The notes under the pieces are model-generated. The model did not search any database and was not told the DNA's origin. It saw only the letters and a list, made by a program, of their open reading frames with translations. A stretch of 64,000 nt of DNA from Macrostomum lignano (lineage: Eukaryota), in the NCBI GenBank assembly GCA_002269645.1, contig NIVC01000649.1, positions 23,703-87,702 of the forward strand, given 5' to 3'. Position numbers and translations under genes: made by a program. Shown piece after piece: positions 37,349 to 47,859 of the stretch; position 1 is the first letter of the stretch, and every line of letters begins with the position of its first letter.

Positions 37349-40300
37349 CTAAGCATGGGCCTCAATTTCCCTGGCCACACTGTCCCTTCGAAGTGAATCG
37401 CGTCGATGTCGCAGACTCAGCGCCAAGCCGATGCTGATGTAGTAAAAGAACTCAAGCAGCTCGCAGATTGTCAGAACAGATATTCCGCTCCATAGGCCTA
37501 GAGCTCCTGAAAAAAGAAAGTTTATACAATAGGTGTACATGCATTTATTAAACTGCGCAAACCTTCACAAAGTGGAGGGGGGCACTGCCCTTCACAAATC
37601 CAATGAGGGACCCATATCTAGTGGAAGTTGAGGTTGTCAAAGACCCCCAGGAAAGAATGAAAGTCCCTTGTCGAGGATCCCCATTCACTGCAGTGGCAGC
37701 CACAGCCATAAACTCCACTGGACCATAGAAAATAAAGCAAGCCAATCAATATTGATAAAAGGGATTTCTCATAGCCAGAGTTGATGGGTTCGGGCTTCTT
37801 AAGCTTTTTTGATCGGAAACTTTTCCGTCCTCAGAGTCCAGAAATGAATCACTGAGCACTCTAGCTAGCCTTGCATTCCTGTCAGATGGTAGGTCAATAA
37901 TATGGCTAAAAGAGAGGAGAGCGAGAGACTAGTAGGGAGAATTTGAAAGGGGTAGAAAACAACAAATCCTAGGATTTATGCTAATCCGCCATCACAAGCT
38001 GAATAGGCTTTACGAAGCAGCACTTTCGAAATCAGTTTTTTGACTAGAATTGCAGCTTCTGCACGTACCTGCCAACTAGTGTCTTAGTATACCTATAGCT
38101 GTCCATCTCCGATGTATAAAGCTGGACGCTGCGAGGACTAGATCGTATTGATCATGCAGCAGGGACAGAGTGGACTTTTTGTGGGGGTTCTTGCGCTGTC
38201 TGAATACATGATCAAAAAACTAAATTCTCAGAAAGTATTCGGGATTTCCAATACCTGTTTGATCGATAGACTGATGGGCTGGAAAACCTCGATCAGTAAA
38301 GTGGCCACTCATCTTGTCCAGCATTGCGATAAGAGTTGCACTTGAAAACTTAAATGATCGAAATTTGACTTTCTCTTTAATTTAAAGTTATTTGCTTTGA
38401 ACTGAATCGGAGCAATAGGAATTGAAGTTCTTCCACAAAAATAGCACATTTAAACGAGAGGTGAGAAGGGCCGATTTGTTATACTCAGTGTGGAATTTTC
38501 TTATTGGACGAGCTCAGGATGACTAGCTCGACTTTCAAGACCTCGCAAAATCCTTTGCGCCTGCATGGCGACCTCTCATACATGTACCCCAGGGAGGGGG
38601 GTCGCCATCATTAACACGAAAAATCACAATTTTGAAAAGCGCTTTCTATCATAAACCCGAAACAGCATCACTTCGAAAACCAAAATAGTGTTGGACGTTG
38701 CTAGAACTTTCGAAGTTGTGATATTTCGGGTTTATGATAACTCGGGTTTATTATATTTCAGGTTAAGTAGTTAAAGTATTAAGTATGAGTAGTTGAAGAC
38801 AAACAGAAGACAAACTATCTATCGAAATGCTATACTTTCTGGAGCGAGAAATGATAGCTATATACGATAATAAATCGAAAAATGTGAAAAATTGTGACGC
38901 CCTAAAACAGGTGAGCATGAATCAAAGTTCAACATTTAGGAGTCATACTCGTGTTTATTTACTACGTTTAGTAGCACACAGTTTATTTTTTCAGTAGTAT
39001 TGATCGAAATAGGCAGTTATAAATGTAGCAATTGAGTAAGATTCAAGTAAGATAATGAATTATTTTTCTTATAAATTGCCATAAAAATAGTAAGAATAAA
39101 CAATAGAAGTATAGTTTTGATAAATTGCCATTAATTCAAACAGTCACTTTTACTAGGACACAATCGTTCTCTCATTCGTAGTTTAATTAACTTTGAATAT
39201 TCGCAGTTAGACTAGGAATTTAACTAGGAATAAGCTTCGAATTTCCTAAGAGGGTATGCTCAATTCAGAAAGGCCTTCAACTCAACGCAAATGTAAAACA
39301 GAAAGAAACACTAAAATGGCGTCGCAGTCACTTGGTGAAGCCCGATAGATCTCAAATTCGGAATCCAGCCAAGATGAACGGCTGGTATAAAAAAGTCAGA
39401 CACGTTTCTGCCCCGACAAACAAATCTGAGCTCGCCAGCTTTTGGGACTGGTCAACTGCTTTAGGAGACTGATTTCGAACTTGGCTCAAAAGACTGCTCC
39501 TCTTAATTAACTGCAAAAATCTAACACCAACTTTGACTGGACCGATGAGTGCTCTCGAGCTTTCGATAATCTCAAAGCTGAAGTCCCAATAGTGCAATAT
39601 ATAGTGCAAGCCCTATAGCCTATCAAAAGAGTTAACTCTAAGAAAGGATGCCTCAAAGAGCTCAATCGCCGCGTAGTGACATAGGAGAGGTATCCCAAAA
39701 TATTTGTTTCGAGGACACTGTCAGCCGCCAAATCAAATTTCTCAAAAATCAAACTTCCTTCATGGCCGTTAGGCACGATTTTCAGCCACTGACTCGTCTC
39801 TTCTGGCTGTGACATCTCTACAGCTTTGCACACATCGTCGAGAATTGGGCGCTGGGCTATGCGTCTCATGCACTTTGACTCTTGAACATCGAGTATGTGC
39901 AAGAAGCTGCGATATTCCACACGCTGACGCTCCACATCGGCTCCGCTTCGACAACTATTTCGCAGACGACAAGGAAACGTTTGATACCATCAACGCCGAG
40001 GCATTCGAATCACTGGTGATCGAGGCCAAAAGAATTTTGACAAAAATGGACACAGAGACCCGTTCACCCAGAAGATACTCATGAGAATACGCCATGGAGA
40101 CTGTCAGGGTTGCTCGCAAGCGGAGTCAAGTTTCAAAGCCATTTTCGAAAAGCTAGCGCTGGACAACAGACTTTTTACATGCAGAGGAGGCTTTTCATCC
40201 CTCCAGCTTCGCCGGCCTGCCTCTCAATAAAGAAAGGCCACTTCGACTCAACACGAAGTCTTAACGCAGAAAAGCAATCATCAATAAAGAAAATCCTAAA

Positions 40301-43300
40301 TTAACAATCGAGCCTACTATTAGTAAGAGAGAAGGAGATGAGAACTAGTGTGCAATTAAAAAATTAAAAAAGTTCTTCCTCATCCAGTGACTGAGCGAAT
40401 GGGGTGGGTTAGGTGCAATTCTCGTGGCAGTGGCTGTTGCCGCGGTGTGTAAGGTTTTTAGACTTGATTGGCTTTAGTAATTCAAAAACATACAGTCAAA
40501 AAACGCAGTTACCTCCTATATCGGCCAGAAGATTTTTCGCGGGGTAGGCCTCCTCTTCCGAAATTTCCTGACCATACTGTGACGTTGCCAGTTTAAGGTG
40601 GTCCCGAAAAGGGCCGTTGGACTGCTGTTTCTCTATAGTTTCAACCCTTCAGTTTCACCGTTTCAACTAAACTTTTCCATTTGTTTATTGCGACGTTTAC
40701 TTGTAGTAGTGCCCAACGATTTTGTGGCAATTTCTAATTCACTGTATATTTTGCTATCCTCTCTCGCGACCGTATAAAACTGGCACGATCGATAATTTTA
40801 AGTTCTCTCGCCAGCCAATGAAAATCACTCGTGCTTCGCGCTACCCCCCTCTGCGCTCCTTTATTAAACCCCCGCCTGGCGGCGGGCACTCCTCACTCCC
40901 GTCCTTATCTGTGCTTCTCTCTTCCTCCCGGCCTGTCCTTAGCCTTGTGTGTGTTTTCCTTCTCTCTGTCTGGCTGCCTCGAGCCTCCTTACCTCACGCC
41001 ACGGCTGACGCCAACTTCGCCACTGCTCATCTGCCTGCCTACTACGTCTCACTGCCTTCACTGTACTCATTGCCATTGATCATCACGTTACGTCGCCATT
41101 ACATCACTCGTCTGTCGCTTGAACTGACTATCCAATTTATCTTCAAAGAAACCATTGTTGCAGCCGCCAGTGCCCAGAAAGCCATAGTTTGTTATTTGCC
41201 AGTAACAACCAAACTTACTATTTATATTGATAATAAAAACGACTACGGCAGTTTCCTGCCCTTATTGCCAAGTGCTCCGCTACACCATCCACTTCGCCTA
41301 AGTTGACTTCAACTTATTTTGGGACTAAAACGGCCCTTTTAAGGGTCACAGCCAACATCAAATAACGTGACCATACGACGTCAATCCTTTAACCGTCAGT
41401 TGAGCCAGTCGGTCTCGAAGAAATTTTAGCTCGTTTTCAAAATTAATTCTATCGTGCAAGTTGCTCTCGGTCAGATTGCTTTCCAACATGACCAGAGAGC
41501 GCCAGTAAGTGCTGTAGATGCTGCTTATTCCTCTAAGACGACTGTACTCTGTTCCTAAGCCAAAATTGTGCGCCAGCTTCTTTAGAATCTCCATCGACTT
41601 GGCGCCACTTAGATCCGGCCAAGCGTAGGAGATAAGCCGCATGTCGTAGTCGGTTTCCTCGCACGGCGACAAGGCTTTCTTAGCTGCCTCGAACTGGTAC
41701 TGCAGCATCTTCGATAACTGCTCTCTGTAGCATGATTCCCGTAGCCTTGACACAGTCTCCGTGTCATTGGTGTCAAAGCAGAAGGTATAGTTCGAGAAAA
41801 ACTCAACTTCAATTGGCAGAAATTATGGCAAGCAGTTACATGCCTTAGCGAAATGTTGCACAGTAAATTTGTTTGTGTAGTCTTCTTTGCTTGGGATATT
41901 GTAGCGCCAATCCATTGCTTGCAGGGGTCTACAAAGTCAAATGTAAAAGATTTCATATCGTAGGATTAAACTGTTGGACAGGTTAAAATGTTGAGTACAG
42001 TATGCCACGCACCTCAACGCGTTTTGTTTTTCAAGTTGTGCTCGCAGAACAGCAATTTTTTGCCACCATTCCGAGGCTGCCTTAACGAAGTGTAAACGTA
42101 TATTTTCCCTGAAATAGAAAGTCACGATAATGCAATTTAGGATCATACTTATGTCCAAGTAATATTTCCAGGCTTACTCATTAGAACTCGTGGTTTTAGC
42201 CTGCTTCCAAGACGGCATTCTGTAAGTTACAGGCTCCGTGTTCTCAACACAGGGCCTCGATGCAGTGGATAGCTTCTTAATTTTTTTAAACTCAACTGAA
42301 TATCCATACTTTGAGCTGTGGCAACATCGACACCCTTTGACGGCCATGGGTAGCTGCCTTCTGGGACTATGACTGCCTGCAAAATTCAGGAGATGTTTGT
42401 GAAAAACTAATAAAGTGGTAATTAATTAAAAGCTTCTACCAACAATGAGAAATAAGATTGAACACGCGGGGTTGAGAACTAGGAACTAAGACATGATAAT
42501 CAGGACATGAAAACTTGAGAGAAGAACACAACGCAACGGCATGGTACAAACAGTTTCAAAACATTCCCTGTTTGTAGGACTTACTTTAAAAGCGATTTTT
42601 CTTTCATCATTGCTCACGGACCTGTGCACGATGCGGTTCAGCTTGTCCAATTCTGGTATTGTTCCACCATTCGAGTCTGTCGAGTCCGTGAAATATTTGA
42701 TTGACAGCTGACTGTCCGCCAACTGCGAGCTGGACATGTTCTGGGTGAATCGCTGCTTCATAAAGTGGTGACACATGCCCAGCTGCGGGTGAGACACGCT
42801 CAGGAAGTCGTCTTTAGTGCAGCTCTGGCCACCGAAGGAGCACTCGGCCAGGGTGAAGCTCAGGTCGCTGCTGAACTGCAGGGCCAGCAGATGGCTGCCG
42901 ATGCCATCCCGGATCGCAGCAGTCACGGTGGGAACTTTAGTGTCTGCAAGACATCAATAAGAGCTAGAAAACTGTAGCACTTATTGGCTGTGACATTTCT
43001 TCTACTTATCTTAAAGCTAAATACATGTAGTATATTGTATTGTGGCCTAAGCAGAAGGGGAGGGGCGAGGGGGGGGGACGTTCCTATTAAAAAAACAAAC
43101 TAAAGAACTGATGGGTTCCTTTTATAAGACCGAAATTTCACAACACTGAAAACTCCATATGCAAGACCCTTTACAAGCCCGAAAATTCATATGACGGAAA
43201 GTTCACATCGTAGAAAAATTAATACAACAAGGACCATGCAAATATTTGGCGTTGTCAAATTCGGTCTTGTACGAGCTAGAGGGTCTCGTATATACTCGTA

Positions 43301-46300
43301 GAGTTTTCGGCGTTGTGAAATCACAGGCCTAAGATGAGAGGGACAGGCCCAAGGACAGGGGCGGGCGCCAATCGAGAGACAGACATTCAGACAGAAGTGA
43401 GACAGATGCAGGCAGAAACTGGCACAATATTTTTTAGGACTATTTGACTGGGAAATGCTAAACTCACAGCAGGCGGTAATGTCGCACTTGGTCAATGCCA
43501 AATTTACCAAATTGGATTTTCCGAAGGTGTCAGAAACGCAGGAGGGAGCCTCGTCGTCTGATTTCAAATCTGGGTTCCGACTAAAATGTTCGATATGAGA
43601 ACTTAGGGCTGCAAGTGTTTTGGCACTTAAATAATTACTGAATTGGCCGCACTATTAAGCATATAGCTGCAATTAATGCTTACTAATAAACCCTGTCTGA
43701 AAAGCCAAACTCCCGGATAATTTGAGCAGGCCTGCAAAAATTGTCAGCACCTTCAAGCCGGTCATAGTCGGGCGTTTCCAAATGAATCCGCATTTTATAG
43801 TCATAGTTGGCTGAAATGTGACAGTTTAAAATATAAAGACATTTTGTTTAAATATTAAAAGCGCTGGAGGACAACGGGATTATATAAATAAATAAAATAC
43901 TTTTACTCAACAACTACACAGTTTTTTTTATTTCGTTATTGTGTTATTGTGTTTTGTTGTTACTGCTACTAGAGAAGAGTTTCTCATTCAGTCACAAATT
44001 GTTTTTGTCTGATGTTTCTAAACTTGTACGAGTAGTAGCGAAACTTGCTTCCCCGTATAATCGTACGAATATCTACATAAAGTATGCGTGTAACTTATAA
44101 AGTATAGCTACTTATAATCTAAAATTCTAATAAATGATTTTTTCTCGTCAATTAGTTTTTTTATTGTCCAAGACAACTATTAGACCATACTGCTAACTTA
44201 GCCCAGGTTTTTGTTGTTAAAGCGCTTTAAATATTATCATAAATTTTCCCGAAAAACTTTCTTTCCTCGAAAAATCTCGTTAATTTTTTTTAATTGAATA
44301 TAATACTTACGAATAAATACTTCACCGTTCTACTAGTAACCACCACCGTATTGGTTTTACACGTAAAACTCGTTTTATTATTTTACGTCTACATAGTACA
44401 TGCACTTTACCAACTGGATCTATTTTTTGCTTTCTCTGCTTGTTTCGTTCCACGATCTGGTTCCAGGCCAAGCAGGGCTCTCCCGAGGCCGCCACATTCC
44501 TGTAGCCGGTGTAGACGGCCTGCTGTCGCTGCCGAGCTGCTTCGTCAGCTGTACCAGAAATGCAGTCATAGCCGGAATTCATGCCTATAAAATGATGTTG
44601 TAGTACTCCTAAAGTTACTGAAATTTTATTAAGTTTATTAAGGAATCGCTGTCTGCATCAGAGGTTAGACGCTACTCATACATGCTACACTGTCAAAACC
44701 GGAGATTGCGACGTTTGCCAGCCGATGTTAATAGTCGACGTCGTCATACAAGTCATTAAGTAGATTAAGTGCGTTGCTCGTACATTACTAGACTATACAC
44801 GCTTATGCATTCGCATGTATAAACATGTAGGTAGTCTGGAGCTTAGACTCAAGGGCCACTAGAAGTTACCGTTGTAGCAGTTGTGTTACAGCCTGAATAC
44901 AAGTACAACAGTAACTTCTAATGGTCCATGCTTAGACTTCTTCCCACGGTAATTTATTTGGAACTCGTGAATCCTGGCCGAACGCCAACCGTCGAATCGC
45001 GTGGCCTTTTATTAAGCTCCGAAAATTCCCTGTCTGCTCAAATTGTTTCAATAGCGAATGTATGGTCAGCATCTTTACGGGCGTTAAAGAAATCAAAATG
45101 AACTCTATCAATGACCACTTTCGACGAAAATTAGACGAAAAACTTAGACGAAACGGATCGCCTCCTGAAGAGTAATCTTGAAAGAAATTTAGCGCGGACC
45201 TCTTACCTAATGCCTGTGTTAAATAGTTCTATTTCTAACATCTGTACACTTATTCACGGTTAAAGCCTCTTGACTCAATGCTTTTGACCAGTTTGCAAAT
45301 TTGAACCGAGAACAGTTTGAAACTGGCCCCATCAGCAAATCAAAAGTTCAGAAGGCGTGTGCGGTGTCCTTCTACAACAGCAGCGTTCAAAATTGAAGCC
45401 TTAGAAACCTACGGCAGAGTGGGACGTTGCAGAAAGCAGCCTCAAGCCTGCCAAAATCGTCTTTGAAAAAGCAGTAGGGCCCGTTTGATAATGCCGTCAG
45501 GACGCTTGAGTTGCTGATTCGTAGCGGCTTTGAGTCTGAAAATGAAGCACGACTTGATTAAAAAGCTAGCTCGCATTGTTTGCGCGCATTTAAAATTGCA
45601 GCAGTTCTGTTCCCTCACTTACCGGTATCTCTTATACAAAAAACATTGACATCGCAATCGCATTTCCTTGCGACGCTGTTAATCGATAATTTGTCGCAGA
45701 ACCCCTGCTGTGTATTGTTCCAAGTGCCGCAGTGACACTCGCCGTCCCGCAGGGCAATGTGCGTGAAGTCGAGCTCATCGCAGCAGTCGGCGCACAGTTC
45801 TGTAGTTATTCGGCCACGTACGAGACATGTCTTGTTGAAGTTCTCTTCAACAGTGCTGGAGTTTTTTGCAAAACAACCTACTCGTTGTAGCAGCGATCCT
45901 GATATTGTGTTCAAAAGTTAATAGAAGAAATCAAAGTTTAGATTTATTAACAAATCATCAAGGCTAAATGCATTTCTAATGGTAAATTATCAGCTGATTT
46001 AGTATTAACTACAGGTAAGAAAAATATTTGGCAACAGTTCTCTGCAAGAGGATGAGTAAACGATGACTGCTGGCATGCACCTATAAAAGGCTCGAAGCCA
46101 TGTGGCTATTAGTAAATCCCGTATCTCCTTCCTCTACATCCACAGTCGCCTGAATGCACAAACGATAATAGAGGGAAAGACGGAAAGTGCTAAAGTGCAT
46201 CTGCGTTTCGGTGGTTGCCACACCAGACCATAATAGGCTTAGCTCGAACAGCTATAAACAATTATAAATTTTCCTAGTATATAGCAACACAGCTCGAGCA

Positions 46301-47859
46301 ATTTTAACTGCGGTTGAGCTTGGAATACTTATTTTTATCGTAACTACGAATCGACTAGACTCGACGTATTTATTGCCCGACAAGGTTTCTTCTGGAGTCA
46401 GCGAGAGCAATTACAGTAGAAGATAAATTGTTAAAGTATCCGCAAAATTCACAGAGTCAACATAATTTTTTATCACTCACTGCTGCCAATCGGAAAAAAC
46501 TCAGACAGCGGCAGTCGGACCGGAGCTCGGCACCGGGACTCGCTGTCAGAGTAATTAAGCATCAGCAGCCGGTCGCCCAGGCTTGCTGCGCCTCGAGCTT
46601 TCAGCATCCGAGCAGCTTCGCTCCATCGAATGCACGGCTTGGTCGTCGTGTACGGCTTTAGCGACCGGTCAGTGCGTTGTAGATCGATTCGCGCTCGATC
46701 GTATGTCACCGCGAAACTTCTATTGCCAGCGTACTCCTCTCCAGACAAGCTGGTTCGACAGTCTAAGAGTGCATCTTCTGCAATGCAATCAACGTTGAAT
46801 CCTTTCAGCGATCATATTTTAACTGTCATAACCAACTCTCCACGAATCTGTGCGCAATAAAAATTATTTGTATCTTCTTCACGAAAGTTAGGTGGCGGGT
46901 GGTGCGATTCGTCTGATATCAAATCTGATCCATATCAAATCCATGAGATTGTACTTGTCCGACAATTGGACAGTCAAGGCTGCTTGCTGTTCATCCAGTC
47001 TGCGTACAGTATTAGCGCTTGCATGTTCTCAACAGTCAGCGGAATGTGCAGAGATGCCTCAGCTTTGGTTGCGGAATGTGGAAAATTCGCCAAAGGCGTT
47101 GCGCCAGATGGTGCCTGCAACTCTCCTGAGAATATTTTAGGCCGAACATCAATATACATGTACGGTAACAAAGCATAGCACCACTAGCAAAATTTAGCAA
47201 CCATATGTAATCTGATGCTATTATTCTAAAAGTTAATACAAAGAAAACACTTATGACTTAAGTATCAAAATATGAAAAAGAGCACTATATGACTCACCAT
47301 CTTGGGGAAGTTGAAACTTTGCTATGAAAGCGGCCTCCGTGGCCTTGAGAACGTAAAGTATTGCCCTAGCCGGCTTGCTCAACGCATATAAATCGTCATT
47401 TGTTCCATTAAATCGAAAGAAATTAGCTTTGAATTCAGGTTTCACATGGTCTCTAGCGTTGAAACTAATGTAAACGGATTCAATTTCTTTGCTGGCCCTG
47501 CTCATAGTGACTGGCTGGGCGGGGCAGATGTACACATCCGGGAACTGGAATCCCAGACTGGACATGGTCATGGTGGTGAGAACAGGCGCCTGAGCGAACC
47601 TGTCAAAGAGAGTGTACAGGTGATAGGCAAATCCTGAGTAGGTTCCCAGAAGGAACCCGATCCAAATCAGCTTGCCGATTGCACTGGACTGGCTGGCGAA
47701 TCTTCCCAAGCCGTGCGCTGTCGTGTATCCGAGAAACTCGATAGCAGACCTGCGCAGTTGGTTCGCTTTTGGCGTCCTATCATGCTGCTGCTGCTGCTGC
47801 AGCTGTTCCATACTCGGCTCTTGAATTCCGTGCTTGGTAGCAAGAATAGCAGTGGACAT
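37349..47859 (-). CDS. DEG/ENaC (ASIC/FaNaC-like) channel subunit with kringle and WSC modules in the finger region; apparent lesions present
   Basis: Exons 47859-47298, [46777-46481, 45898-45623, 45535-45413, 44584-44411, 43608-43468], 42943-42585, 42376-42178, 42108-42013, 41928-41377, 40577-40513, 37506-37349. Motifs TTAHG, TM1, FPDVYIC, ECSFGGQSC..DF..HPQLGMC, AFKAVIVPEGSYP, CNCLP, PCEETDY....YAWP, AYPAKNLLADIGG|ALGLWSGISVLTICE. Reconstructed CDS is 3003 nt (~1000 aa) after adding one A at 42281-42287, reading through TAA at 41825-41823 and removing the 40578-41367 insertion plus one repeat copy. Confidence 0.88.
39340..40300 (+). mobile_element. Degenerate Ty3/gypsy pol remnant (RT connection, RNase H, start of integrase)
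   Basis: Broken frames give PTNKSELASF..GLVNCFRRLISNLAQKTAPL..FDWTDECSRAFDNLK, RIGRWAMRLMHFD, HADAPHRL, RRLFIPP..KGH; multiple stops and frameshifts; lies in the last ENaC intron. Confidence 0.8.
40578..41367. mobile_element. 790-bp insertion flanked by a 9-bp direct repeat TGACCATAC; LTR-like internal features
   Basis: Repeat copies at 40569-40577 and 41368-41376. TGTGAC (40578)...GTCACA (41350) inverted hexamer, CCAAT 40815, AATAAA 41232. Removal restores an ungapped ENaC sequence. Confidence 0.75.
43468..43608 (-). CDS. ENaC module exon: C-terminal half of kringle 2
   Basis: 141 nt, cag|...|gtgagt, phase 1-1: EHFSRNPD..APSC..KCDITAC (cf. NYCRNPD..PWC..YCDIP.C). The expected third Cys is Ser (AGT). 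Confidence 0.8.
44411..44584 (-). CDS. ENaC module exon: N-terminal half of kringle 2
   Basis: 174 nt, tag|...|gtaaag, phase 1-1: YDC..VYTGYRNVAASGEPCLAWN. Confidence 0.8.
44850..44929. mobile_element. 80-bp micro-MITE with 24-bp imperfect TIRs and a 9-bp flanking direct repeat GCTTAGACT
   Basis: Arms 44853-44876 and 44904-44927 (21/24 complementary); direct repeats at 44841-44849 and 44930-44938. Confidence 0.65.
45413..45535 (-). CDS. ENaC module exon: C-terminal half of kringle 1 (below the ORF-track length cutoff)
   Basis: 123 nt, ttttcag|...|gtaggt, phase 1-1: SKPLRISNSSVLTALSNGPYCFFKDDFGRLEAAFCNVPLC (cf. GPWCY...YC.VP.C). Confidence 0.82.
45623..45898 (-). CDS. ENaC module exon: WSC domain
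   Basis: 276 nt, cag|...|gtaagt, phase 1-1: VGCF..ITTELCADCC..FTHIALRDGECHCG..FC..KCDC. Confidence 0.8.
46481..46777 (-). CDS. ENaC module exon: N-terminal part of kringle 1
   Basis: 297 nt, ttgcag|...|gtgagt, phase 1-1: LDCRTSLSGEEYAGNRS..KPCIRW..RCRAP. Confidence 0.78.

Noticed and set aside
38150-38400. Possible Penelope/LINE remnant (minus strand HFTDRGFP resembles F..RGYP)
   Set aside because: Only one short motif; no recognisable RT or GIY-YIG context.
40722-41306. 194-aa ORF, or histone genes, inside the insertion
   Set aside because: No similarity to histones or any family I recognise; low-complexity pyrimidine-rich sequence more like an LTR.
41823-41825. UAA read as Tyr under the alternative flatworm mitochondrial code
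   Set aside because: This is a nuclear spliced gene, and TAA acts as a normal stop elsewhere in the window (e.g. PDS5 at 9612-9614).
41929-42012. CVAYCTQ as the missing thumb CxxxC via intron retention
   Set aside because: That frame stops at 41939-41937 and cannot reach CNC; the GT-AG phase-2 intron joins cleanly.
43187-43467. Cys-rich continuation of ORF 43187-43567 as an extra exon or separate gene end
   Set aside because: It lies after a strong donor at 43467, and no phase-compatible acceptor/donor pair with recognisable homology was found.
46138-46250. Candidate kringle half-exon with a WC motif
   Set aside because: Contains an in-frame TAG and falls within the non-coding duplicate of 48010-48190; the true half was found at 45535-45413.
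46880-47125. Possible additional ENaC exon with coding-like composition
   Set aside because: All frames hit stops and no consistent donor was found; left unresolved pending cDNA.
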